Origin: a virus
Lineage: Duplodnaviria > Heunggongvirae > Uroviricota > Caudoviricetes
Virus record (IMG/VR): IMGVR_UViG_3300031999_000001
Location: 1-64,000 of that record
Length of the DNA stretch: 64,000 bases
Reading direction: 5' to 3' (one strand)
In this document: piece after piece, positions 55,634 through 64,000 of the stretch
How the letters are laid out: the number at the start of each line of letters is the position of its first letter
Numbering within the stretch: position 1 is the stretch's first letter
The notes under the pieces: generated by a model
Databases searched by the model: none
Told to the model about the DNA's origin: nothing
What the model saw: only the letters and a program-made list of their open reading frames with translations
Program-made: the position numbers and the translations under genes

Positions 55634-57139
55634 TTATAAAATTAAATTTGAATTTATGTGTGCAACAAGACCAGTTTCATCATTCCAAATAAAACCATCT
55701 GCTGCTTTTATCGCACCAATAAAACCTTTTTTATGATGCCATTCTTCTGTTCCCGTAAGACTTGAAAGATATCTTACTGTAACACCCAAATCTTCATTTA
55801 ACACTCTCACCTTATCAAGTGTTGCAGAATATTTCATGTCCCTTTTTCTATGAATATGACCAACATGAAATTCATGATATAAAGTTTCACTCCACATTGG
55901 TTTAGATTCAATATCATTTGCCATAATCATTGGAAGTGAACCTTCCTTTTCTTCACTACCATGTGTAAAACCAAGTAATACCTTACCAAAACGATAATAT
56001 TTTCTTGGTGATGCACCAGTATTAATTGAAACATTTGGGTCTTCATTAAACCATGCTTCTAAGAATTTACCAATATAAAAACTGCGTTCAAAATCATGAT
56101 TACCCGGTATTACCAATACATCAATAGGTCTTCCAGTTTGCATTAACATATTAATACCATCAACAAGTAGTCTTACACCAACATTAAATGTTTTTTGCCA
56201 ACGCAAATCTTCATCCTGCTGAGTTCCCTGTGTGGTTGTATTAAATATTGTATCGCTGTTAAAAAAATCATTTCCAACTGGAAATAATATACGTGAATAT
56301 GGAAATCTGTTTGCGGTATGTAATAAATCTTGAATTGCATATAAAAATCTTTCACGAGCAATTTTAGTATCATAATTCTCACCAGTTTCGCCACCCCATG
56401 CAAGTTTACCTAAATGAAGGTCAAATATTGCCACTTCAAGAAGATTGTTTTCATCGTTAGGATTTTGTTTAATCAAACCCCAATCAATTAATGGTGCTGA
56501 ATAGTCTTTAATCATTTGAAGAAAAACATCACCAGCCATTCTGTCTTTAACAAGTTCAACATTTCTAATAAGTCTTGCTTTAACTTGAAAATTTTGAATT
56601 GTTCTGGCATAACCATCTTTCCAACCAGTAACATCCCATTTATTAACTCGATGTTCTGCTACTTTCCATACTTCAGGGTCTACTTTACAATATTCAAGTA
56701 GTCCTGCAAGTGTTGTTATGTGGTTTTTAGGATAACTTTCATCACCATTGCATGGATTGCATATGGTTTCCATTTTCTTTTCATCGGTAATAAGATTGAG
56801 AATTGCAGTATTTCCTTTTTGATCAAAAGTTACTTGTTCTTTACCATCTATTGCTGGCGGAATATCTATTGGTTTTTGTCTTTTTATAACTTCCGTAATA
56901 TCGTCAGTTTTTAAACCAAATCCTTTATAATATGCATATTGCTTATATGCATCATTAAATAAAGTAAAATATTCATCTTCAAGTGTGCCATTTTCATATT
57001 TTTCATAAACAAGAGCTTTAATGTTTTTTACATAAGTATCTGCAAATCCACATTTAACGGATGCTTCTTTAACAGATATTTTATTTTTAATTGCATAATT
57101 GATGATTTCTATTGCTTTTTCGATTCGTTCTTTTGTCAT
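55634..57139 (-). CDS. calcineurin-like metallophosphoesterase domain protein
   Basis: VLVIPGNHDFE and FHVGHIHR motifs in the C-terminal half. Confidence 0.55.
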   Translation of the reverse strand: MTKERIEKAIEIINYAIKNKISVKEASVKCGFADTYVKNIKALVYEKYENGTLEDEYFTLFNDAYKQYAYYKGFGLKTDDITEVIKRQKPIDIPPAIDGKEQVTFDQKGNTAILNLITDEKKMETICNPCNGDESYPKNHITTLAGLLEYCKVDPEVWKVAEHRVNKWDVTGWKDGYARTIQNFQVKARLIRNVELVKDRMAGDVFLQMIKDYSAPLIDWGLIKQNPNDENNLLEVAIFDLHLGKLAWGGETGENYDTKIARERFLYAIQDLLHTANRFPYSRILFPVGNDFFNSDTIFNTTTQGTQQDEDLRWQKTFNVGVRLLVDGINMLMQTGRPIDVLVIPGNHDFERSFYIGKFLEAWFNEDPNVSINTGASPRKYYRFGKVLLGFTHGSEEKEGSLPMIMANDIESKPMWSETLYHEFHVGHIHRKRDMKYSATLDKVRVLNEDLGVTVRYLSSLTGTEEWHHKKGFIGAIKAADGFIWNDETGLVAHINSNLIL

Positions 57140-57322
57140 TTTTAATAATTTATATAAAAATAATTTTTAATTTTTGTCAAACTTATAACAAAAATATTAT
57201 AAACACAAGGTTTTTTATAAATACGTTGCATTTTTTTCAGAAAAATCAATGTTTCTTCAATTTTCTGACATTCTTTACGAAAAGAAACTTCATTACTAAT
57301 AGATATATTAAATCACAATATA

Positions 57323-58123
57323 TTATGTTTTATTTAAAACAGTTAGTGACTTAGATGCTTTTGGTATTGAATGGATTAATTCTCTTTTTTTCATAATAAT
57401 CATAGCCGATTTTATATATTTAATTGGCTTATTACTAAAAATTTTATATATTTCATTAATTTCTAAAAAACCGTTGTTATTTTTTAATTCGGTAATTAGT
57501 TGAGAAATGAACCATTCATATTTTTTATCCGTTTTAATTCTAAGTGCCAAACGTGCTTTTTCTAAGCTATGTGAATTTTTTCTTGCCTCTCTTATTTTTT
57601 CTTTAACCTCTTTGCTTCTATTTAATGCCACTTCTCGCATTTTAAGTTTAGTTTCTTCCGAATATAATTGAGGAACTGGTTTATAACCTATTTTAGCTTT
57701 TTTTAGTTTTTCTTTAACATCAGTGCGTTTTGCTATATTACTTTCGCCAGTCATTCGTATTGAAGCATCCAATCTTTTTTTACCAAACATTGGATTATTT
57801 TTGCCAGTAACATCTCTACCAAACATTCCATTTGTCTTTGCGAATGATTTGTTTATATATTGGTCAGATTTTACAACATCATTTTTTATTTGCAAATTCA
57901 ATTCTTCTTTCAAAGCATCTGTTCTAAATTCATGTTTAGATAAAATTTCTATTGAAAATAAATGTGAATTATTCAATAATTCACATTTAAATATTTTTTT
58001 CCATTTTTTTGAACTGATGCTGCCAAAATATTTGCCCGAATTAATTTTTTCAATTGATGTACTTCCAATATAAAATTTAGGTAATAATTTACCCTCATAT
58101 TTTGTTAGATAAACACAATACAT
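57323..58123 (-). CDS. GIY-YIG homing endonuclease with NUMOD3 motifs
   Basis: VYLTKYEGKLLPKFYIGST (GIY...YIG), GKNNPMFGKK and YSEETKLKM (NUMOD3). Confidence 0.7.
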   Translation of the reverse strand: MYCVYLTKYEGKLLPKFYIGSTSIEKINSGKYFGSISSKKWKKIFKCELLNNSHLFSIEILSKHEFRTDALKEELNLQIKNDVVKSDQYINKSFAKTNGMFGRDVTGKNNPMFGKKRLDASIRMTGESNIAKRTDVKEKLKKAKIGYKPVPQLYSEETKLKMREVALNRSKEVKEKIREARKNSHSLEKARLALRIKTDKKYEWFISQLITELKNNNGFLEINEIYKIFSNKPIKYIKSAMIIMKKRELIHSIPKASKSLTVLNKT

Positions 58124-58175
58124 TTTTTTATTAGCAAATTCAATTAATTTTTCAATAAAAATTTTTCAACTCATA

Positions 58176-58784
58176 CTATTTTATAATTCCTGTTTGTTTA
58201 AGAAAAGCATAACCTACAGCATATGAGTCAGTTAAATCAAAATTCATATTTTTTAATGTACCATCTTTTTTATAATACCACTCAATTAGGGGTTCTAATT
58301 TACAAACTTTTTTCCAAATATATAACTTTTTTTCTTTAATATATTCGGGTGGAAATGATAATACTTCAACTATTTCACCTTTTCTTTTTTCAGTATGAAC
58401 TAACTCGTTGCAGAATATCTTTCTGGAATCGTATACAGTAATATCTTTTGGATAAATATCAAAAATTTTATATAAAATATATAGTACAATTCCATTAAAT
58501 CCATAAAGCATTGATACGGTATTAGAATTATTACTTCCACCTAAAGGTTTTTCAACCACAATATGAATTATTTCACCATTTAATTCGCTTAATATGCGTT
58601 CACGATATTCAATAGCATATTTTCTGAATATTTCGGCTTTATGTATTATCCGATTTTCTACTGGAATGTTTTTATCAATTTTTAATTCAAGATGTTTGAG
58701 TTCAATTAATTTTCCTGTTGAATCCCATAGAGCAGAACCAATATTAGTGGTACTTATATCTAATGACCAAATATATTTTTCCAT
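58176..58784 (-). CDS. putative RuvC/YqgF-like Holliday-junction resolvase
   Basis: N-terminal WSLDISTTNIGSALWD (D-x-G/S-x-x-N-x-G-x-A) and second acidic HIVVEKP. Confidence 0.35.
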   Translation of the reverse strand: MEKYIWSLDISTTNIGSALWDSTGKLIELKHLELKIDKNIPVENRIIHKAEIFRKYAIEYRERILSELNGEIIHIVVEKPLGGSNNSNTVSMLYGFNGIVLYILYKIFDIYPKDITVYDSRKIFCNELVHTEKRKGEIVEVLSFPPEYIKEKKLYIWKKVCKLEPLIEWYYKKDGTLKNMNFDLTDSYAVGYAFLKQTGIIK

Positions 58785-58789
58785 AAAAA

Positions 58790-59005
58790 TTATTTGTGAA
58801 GTTCTTCGTAATTAAATTCCTTTGATTCTTCAATCATTATTTGAATTCCTTTAGGGTTACGAAGATAAAGTCTAATTAAATCTTCAATAACACCACCAAT
58901 TTTTAAACTTTTCCCTTTACATAATGTTTTAAATTTATTATGTAAATCACCACCAATAATAATTGATTTTGGCTTAGTTTCATTAACTGTAAGTAAATCT
59001 TTCAT
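58790..59005 (-). CDS. hypothetical protein
   Basis: ORF only. Confidence 0.3.
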   Translation of the reverse strand: MKDLLTVNETKPKSIIIGGDLHNKFKTLCKGKSLKIGGVIEDLIRLYLRNPKGIQIMIEESKEFNYEELHK

Positions 59006-59092
59006 ATTTATTATAAATTTTTTATTTCATAATTTATAATAAATACTAAGAATTTATAAAAAAATATAAAATTTTGGAATTATTTTGAATAA

Positions 59093-59821
59093 TTAAAAAT
59101 CTATTGCAAATGCTATTGTTCTGGAAATTGTCGAATCTTTAGTTATTGGATTATTTAATTTACCAATAGCAACTAAATTATAGTTATCATCATATATTCC
59201 AATTTCTGTTATTGCTACTGATGATACCCCATCCCAAGTCGGATTGGTTGTTGAATTAAATTCATTCAATGGTAAATTTATTGAAAGGTCTGTTACGTAA
59301 ACATCAGCATGTATTTCTGTGGTTACATTTCCAAAAAAATAAATTTCATCACCAAAACATAATTTATTATTATCTGTCGTACCTGTTGTTGGATAATTTA
59401 AATAATTTAAATTATATGATTGCATTGAATCATAATTAAATAATGATACTTTATATATTGTAGATGTAATTCCTAATTTTGTTAGGGTTTGTCCTGATAT
59501 ATACCCATTTGTTTGTGTGGTCACATCATATATTTTCCAATGACTTGAATCTGGCTTTATGTCAGAAATACTTGTGTATCCACTATTATTAACTAATTGT
59601 AATAATATTTGTATTTTTTGTGTGGTAAATCCTGTATTACCAGTAATATTATCATTTAAGAATTTAAAATCACCAATAGATGAAAAATTTATATTGATTT
59701 GTTGAAGATATGGACTACCCACATCCAATTGTATTGATTTAATATAATTACAATGAATTGCTTGTGTGTATCCACTTAATGATATTAAAGAATATGATAT
59801 GAAAACTGTATAACCTTCCAT
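59093..59821 (-). CDS. putative structural protein (tail-fibre-associated)
   Basis: Ser/Thr/Asn/Gly/Tyr-rich composition and its position next to large fibre-like ORFs. Confidence 0.3.
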   Translation of the reverse strand: MEGYTVFISYSLISLSGYTQAIHCNYIKSIQLDVGSPYLQQININFSSIGDFKFLNDNITGNTGFTTQKIQILLQLVNNSGYTSISDIKPDSSHWKIYDVTTQTNGYISGQTLTKLGITSTIYKVSLFNYDSMQSYNLNYLNYPTTGTTDNNKLCFGDEIYFFGNVTTEIHADVYVTDLSINLPLNEFNSTTNPTWDGVSSVAITEIGIYDDNYNLVAIGKLNNPITKDSTISRTIAFAIDF

Positions 59822-59836
59822 TTTTTATTAAATAAT

Positions 59837-61462
59837 TTAATGCCAATTACCACCATAATAATGGTCGCTTGGATAATTAATACCTGTAATACATTTACCA
59901 ATATAACTTAACGGACCACCTATAGATGGGGATAACACACATATATTAGAATCATCAATACTATCACGTACATAAATAGTACCACCACCTGCTGTCATAC
60001 CAAAACACACACAAACTTTATAACCAGTACATGTTACATTATTTAAAGCTATTGTAGTACCACTTGGAAATGATGTCCATCCACATGTTGAATGACAATA
60101 ATATTGAGATACAAGTGTCATTAATGGATTGGATATTATTGGTGTTGTCCATCTAACAGTAGGTAAGCATGGTACTGTAATAATATCTGTTGTACCTGCA
60201 AGATAATCCGGTAAAGTCCAAGACCTATTTGCTTTATAAGACATTGCAAATAATAATTCTTGATCTTCAATTACAAATAGTTTTAAATCGGTAAATACTT
60301 TACCCACAATATTACCACCAGCATCACCCAAATTATAATATGTTGTATTAAGTGATGTTGTTACACCAGTTAATAATTTAGAAGTACCTTGTGCCGTTAA
60401 TATAACCCCTAATGTAGCTCCCATTGATTTATGCCACATTATTGTAGGAATTTCAAGTTTTGGGGTGTTTAAATAAAATCCCTCACCATAAACATTTGCA
60501 GGTGATGAATTTGTATAATGTATTACACCCAATTTTTTATAAATTGGTGCTTGGTTTTGAATATATGAAACAAAACCATTATATGCTGCACTGTTAAATT
60601 GACCAAATGTTCTATTATTACCACTAACACCAGCAATTTCATCAGTATATATAATTGACATATTCCAAAACGGAAATACAATTGTTGGACATTGACTGTT
60701 TTGTAAAAACGTTAAAACTGCTTCATCAAGATAATCTGTTGAATAGTCTGTAAATATTGTACTACCACTATAATTAATGAAATTATAATATATTAAAACA
60801 CCTGCTTTACCTGTGAGTACAAATCCACCGAAATCGGGTAATTCTCTATCAACACCAATAACCAAATTATTGGCAGCTAATGTACCTGTTTTGCCAGTAA
60901 TTTGATAAATTAAAAACGGTGTTGGATTAAATTTATTTATTGTATGTCCCGTAGTATCAACATTTAATGTCCATTTTATTAAAACCAAATCACCAATTGC
61001 GGGTTCTTCACCACTTATACCATATGTTGGTGCTTTTTTCAAATATAAAGTTTTACCACCAGTAATTCCACTCATATAAACCATTGCATCGGGTTGTTTA
61101 ACATGATTACTATCTGTAATAAATGCAGTACAACCACTTGTAAAAAATCCTATTGATTGTTGCGGATTTGTAACTAAATATGATGATAATGGAATGCTTG
61201 GTATTTCGTTATATGTATAACCAGTATCTCCAGATAAATTTCGAGTAATAAATGATAAAATATTTGGGTTTACATCTGCAGGTCTTAATATGTTAGAATT
61301 AAAAGGAATGTGACCTGTTTCATTATTAAATGCATAATTAATTTCACTATCACCAATGGCAAAATATTTAAAACTTAACATTCCTTGAGATAATTGTTCC
61401 CTGCCTTTTGATGTTAATCTGATATTTAAAACAATTGGGTCTTTTTTTTCAATAAATGCCAT
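59837..61462 (-). CDS. putative tail fibre / receptor-binding protein
   Basis: 541 aa, Gly/Thr/Ser/Asn/Tyr-rich beta-type composition. Confidence 0.35.
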   Translation of the reverse strand: MAFIEKKDPIVLNIRLTSKGREQLSQGMLSFKYFAIGDSEINYAFNNETGHIPFNSNILRPADVNPNILSFITRNLSGDTGYTYNEIPSIPLSSYLVTNPQQSIGFFTSGCTAFITDSNHVKQPDAMVYMSGITGGKTLYLKKAPTYGISGEEPAIGDLVLIKWTLNVDTTGHTINKFNPTPFLIYQITGKTGTLAANNLVIGVDRELPDFGGFVLTGKAGVLIYYNFINYSGSTIFTDYSTDYLDEAVLTFLQNSQCPTIVFPFWNMSIIYTDEIAGVSGNNRTFGQFNSAAYNGFVSYIQNQAPIYKKLGVIHYTNSSPANVYGEGFYLNTPKLEIPTIMWHKSMGATLGVILTAQGTSKLLTGVTTSLNTTYYNLGDAGGNIVGKVFTDLKLFVIEDQELLFAMSYKANRSWTLPDYLAGTTDIITVPCLPTVRWTTPIISNPLMTLVSQYYCHSTCGWTSFPSGTTIALNNVTCTGYKVCVCFGMTAGGGTIYVRDSIDDSNICVLSPSIGGPLSYIGKCITGINYPSDHYYGGNWH

Positions 61463-61510
61463 TTTTTTATTCTTTAAATATAAATACTAATTATTAAATA
61501 TTTTAATAAA

Positions 61511-64000
61511 TTATATTATTGCAACATCTGTATAATATGTATTACAAATATCAACACAAATACCACTACTATAAGATACACTTTGTAATTTAAGTCTACT
61601 ACATGAACCATTATTGGCAGAAGTACAAACATTATAACAAAGCTCATCTCCACTATATATTGTTATTGAACATGAATCTGTAAAACAAACAAACCCTGAT
61701 GGTGCTTTAAATGTTTGTGCATCAAGTACTGGTGTTGGATTATAAAGTGAAGAACCATTTGGTTTACAACATACCTTTACCATACTTATTCCGGGAGTTC
61801 CGGGAGGAATTGGTGAACCATATACTGATTGTTCAATTTCAAAATTCAATGTAATCCATTCTGGTTCTGATAAATGTGCTGGTGACAAACAAATACAACC
61901 ATGTGCATCCGAACTATCTCCCATATAACCTGTTCTACAAAGACTAACATCATATTGTTTCGGCTCAGTTTTTTGTGTACAAACTATACCATATCCAAAA
62001 CCTTTATCATTTTCCGCAAATGCTCTGAAATATGTTGTGGTATTTATTCCAAGATGATTAGTACAACTACTATATGTAAACGGAATTGTACCCCCACTAC
62101 CAATAACTGATGTTTTAGAAATATGTGTTGGATAATTTTGATTTTTTAATGTTAAGTTTGTCCCATAAGTACTATTTTGTGTGTAAAATAATCCATATTC
62201 AGTAATTGGTGTATTACCATTATTTGTTATTCTATTACCACTTATATTAAAATTAGTAGTTCCAATATTAAATGCTTTACCTGTTAATACTGTGGGTACA
62301 TATGTTGGTATTGCTAATGTCGCAATTTGTTTTATTTGACCATAATATCTTGTTCCATTTATTGACATAAATGCACGATATTCATAATTTGTTACTGGTG
62401 ATAATCCCGTTATTGCGCGTAAGAAATTATTTACATGAAGATGTCCATTTGATGGTGGTGCTGGTGAATATGACCAAGGAATTAAACCATAAACTCTATA
62501 TTGCATTCCATAATAATCAATATTTGCATATCCAGTAATATCAATACCACCAGTATCATCAATAGAATATATTCCTGCAGTACCCGTCCTTGTTGTAATT
62601 GATGAAATAATTGGTGCTGGTAATGTGGTTATTTGTAATGTATTTCCACTATATTCATAAATACCTGATTTAACATATGCTCTATATTGATATATTGTAT
62701 TATTTTCCAAATCTGATAATGTCATTGAGAAATTATCAACATTAAGTGAAGCACTTACTGATTTTTTCATCCACACACCCCAACCATCAATATTATCCAT
62801 TTCAGTTATTCCTTCTAATAAATTTTGTAATCCAATTGGAATATTACCATAAGGATAAACATCATGCCATTTTCTATATTTAATACCATATTCAGTAAGA
62901 ATATTAGACCCAATTATGTTTTTACCACCCGTAATTAAACTACCAAGAATACCATCAACTGTTTCTACGTATAGTGTTGGTGGAGGTGGAGGTGGAAATG
63001 TTCCTTCTTGTTTACTTAAAAATACACTACCATCATCACCCAAATAATTTACATCAACATTAAAATTTACACCTCTTTTATATGTAAATTTTTGTTTTGT
63101 AAACACACTATTTCTAATTAATAAACCACTCTTTTTCAATATAATTGTTGCGGATAATAACTGATCAACAAATCTTTGAAAAAAGGTATTGTATTTACTC
63201 AAAAATGAATATAAATTTTCAAAAGTATACCCATTTGATATTAAAGTATCGCCATTTGCTCTTTTTAGATATTCAATATATATTCTTAATAAAGTTGGAT
63301 ACCAACCATTCCTAAAATCAGTTATTGTTTTTCTATTTCTTACATTTATTAATCTTCTTTGAATTAATTCAATAAATTCAAGAAATGATAATTGGCTTAT
63401 ATCGCCAACACCAAATAAGTTTGAAACAATTGGTGTAAAATATGCATTACCACCAACAAGATAATATACACTGATAACAGTACCGTATCTAATACCATTT
63501 GGTAAAAAAATTTCAAACGGATTCATTACATTGATATCATAATCTTTTATTGGTTCTAATGCAATGCCATTTATCAAAACTTTTAAGTCGGATACGTTAT
63601 TTACCTTATAATTAAGTTTATATACATATTTATTTGCGGTATGGTTAAAATATATTTTACTGCTATTAAAACTATCTACTCTTAAAACTTCACTTCTTGC
63701 AGCAATATCATTACTACCAATAACAGTAATATACGCAACTTGTACATCTGGGTTAATTGCCAAATATGAAATTACTTCAGGATTTTGTATTATAATTTGA
63801 CTCGAACCAGTTGTGTTATTTGGGTCAACAATATAATCAGCAGTAAATTGACTCGTACCTTTTGTAAGTGCAATACCATTCATTGTAACCTGAATATCAC
63901 CACGTGGATAACTTGGTAATGGAATTGCAGTTCCAATAATACTTGGTTTAACTCTTGTTACAATATATTCAACAGTAATTCCAGTAACGGGATGTGTACC
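61511..64000 (-). CDS. putative tail fibre protein, partial (5' end beyond window)
   Basis: The track ORF starts at 63883, but the frame stays open to the window edge (no stop in 63884..64000). It contains a PPPPPPT linker and Cys-rich C-terminal region. Confidence 0.4.
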   Translation of the reverse strand, partial: GTHPVTGITVEYIVTRVKPSIIGTAIPLPSYPRGDIQVTMNGIALTKGTSQFTADYIVDPNNTTGSSQIIIQNPEVISYLAINPDVQVAYITVIGSNDIAARSEVLRVDSFNSSKIYFNHTANKYVYKLNYKVNNVSDLKVLINGIALEPIKDYDINVMNPFEIFLPNGIRYGTVISVYYLVGGNAYFTPIVSNLFGVGDISQLSFLEFIELIQRRLINVRNRKTITDFRNGWYPTLLRIYIEYLKRANGDTLISNGYTFENLYSFLSKYNTFFQRFVDQLLSATIILKKSGLLIRNSVFTKQKFTYKRGVNFNVDVNYLGDDGSVFLSKQEGTFPPPPPPTLYVETVDGILGSLITGGKNIIGSNILTEYGIKYRKWHDVYPYGNIPIGLQNLLEGITEMDNIDGWGVWMKKSVSASLNVDNFSMTLSDLENNTIYQYRAYVKSGIYEYSGNTLQITTLPAPIISSITTRTGTAGIYSIDDTGGIDITGYANIDYYGMQYRVYGLIPWSYSPAPPSNGHLHVNNFLRAITGLSPVTNYEYRAFMSINGTRYYGQIKQIATLAIPTYVPTVLTGKAFNIGTTNFNISGNRITNNGNTPITEYGLFYTQNSTYGTNLTLKNQNYPTHISKTSVIGSGGTIPFTYSSCTNHLGINTTTYFRAFAENDKGFGYGIVCTQKTEPKQYDVSLCRTGYMGDSSDAHGCICLSPAHLSEPEWITLNFEIEQSVYGSPIPPGTPGISMVKVCCKPNGSSLYNPTPVLDAQTFKAPSGFVCFTDSCSITIYSGDELCYNVCTSANNGSCSRLKLQSVSYSSGICVDICNTYYTDVAII

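Noticed and set aside
57140-57200. TTGACA ... TATAAA sigma-70-like promoter upstream of the metallophosphoesterase gene
   Set aside because: The spacer is ~20 nt in the best register and there is only one copy. It does not share the conserved TTTCGTAT core, so it is not reported as a feature, though it may be a weak host-type promoter.
1-64000. Prophage, integrase, rRNA or CRISPR features
   Set aside because: No tyrosine or serine recombinase signatures, no attachment-site-like flanking repeats, no rRNA-like conserved blocks and no spacer-repeat arrays were seen. The window reads as lytic phage replication/accessory DNA.

Overview
This 64 kb window is AT-rich (~30% GC), gene-dense DNA whose content matches the non-structural half of a large virulent tailed phage. 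Nearly all genes run on the minus strand except one plus-strand island at 29.7-37.3 kb. No integrase, rRNA, CRISPR array or canonical tRNA was found.

Replication, recombination and nucleotide-metabolism genes I can recognise:
- a Dda/RecD-like SF1 helicase
- an ATP-dependent DNA ligase that carries an in-frame HNH-AP2 endonuclease domain insertion
- a DnaG/T7-type primase
- a fused Mre11-Rad50 (SbcD-SbcC) polypeptide
- two DEDDh exonucleases, a PolB-exo-like exonuclease and a RuvC-like resolvase
- dCMP deaminase, thioredoxin and an HD-domain hydrolase
- an adenylosuccinate-synthetase (PurA/PurZ) homologue

Other recognisable content:
- an ECF-like sigma factor
- four distinct HExxH metalloproteases: an FtsH-like AAA+/M41 protease with no transmembrane segment, a SprT-like protein, a membrane-bound protease, and an ArdC/MPTase-like protein
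- homing endonucleases (GIY-YIG with NUMOD3 motifs, HNH, and the HNH-AP2 domain in the ligase)
- three peptidoglycan hydrolases (two Amidase_2 paralogues and one SLT lytic transglycosylase)
- an SPFH/band-7 protein, a vWA protein, a J-domain protein and a DUF262 (GmrSD-N-like) protein
- tail-fibre-like ORFs at the 3' edge

The most striking feature is a tRNA repair module on the minus strand. It consists of a Thg1-like 3'-5' nucleotidyltransferase next to an Rnl2-type RNA ligase. About 500 bp further on lies an ORF-poor, GC-enriched 510 bp locus with a tRNA-like element. The element has a canonical T-arm, a 7-bp acceptor stem, U8 and a D-arm, but a ~40 nt insertion where the anticodon arm should be. 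A possible PTH2-like protein sits ~6 kb downstream.

Two further observations stand out:
- A 31-bp promoter-like motif, TTG(T/A)AA-N19-TATnnT with invariant TTTCGTAT, occurs nine times directly upstream of operon starts. It may be read by the phage sigma factor.
- The PurA homologue is unusually short and sits behind its own promoter, which raises the testable possibility of PurZ-type 2-aminoadenine (Z) DNA modification.
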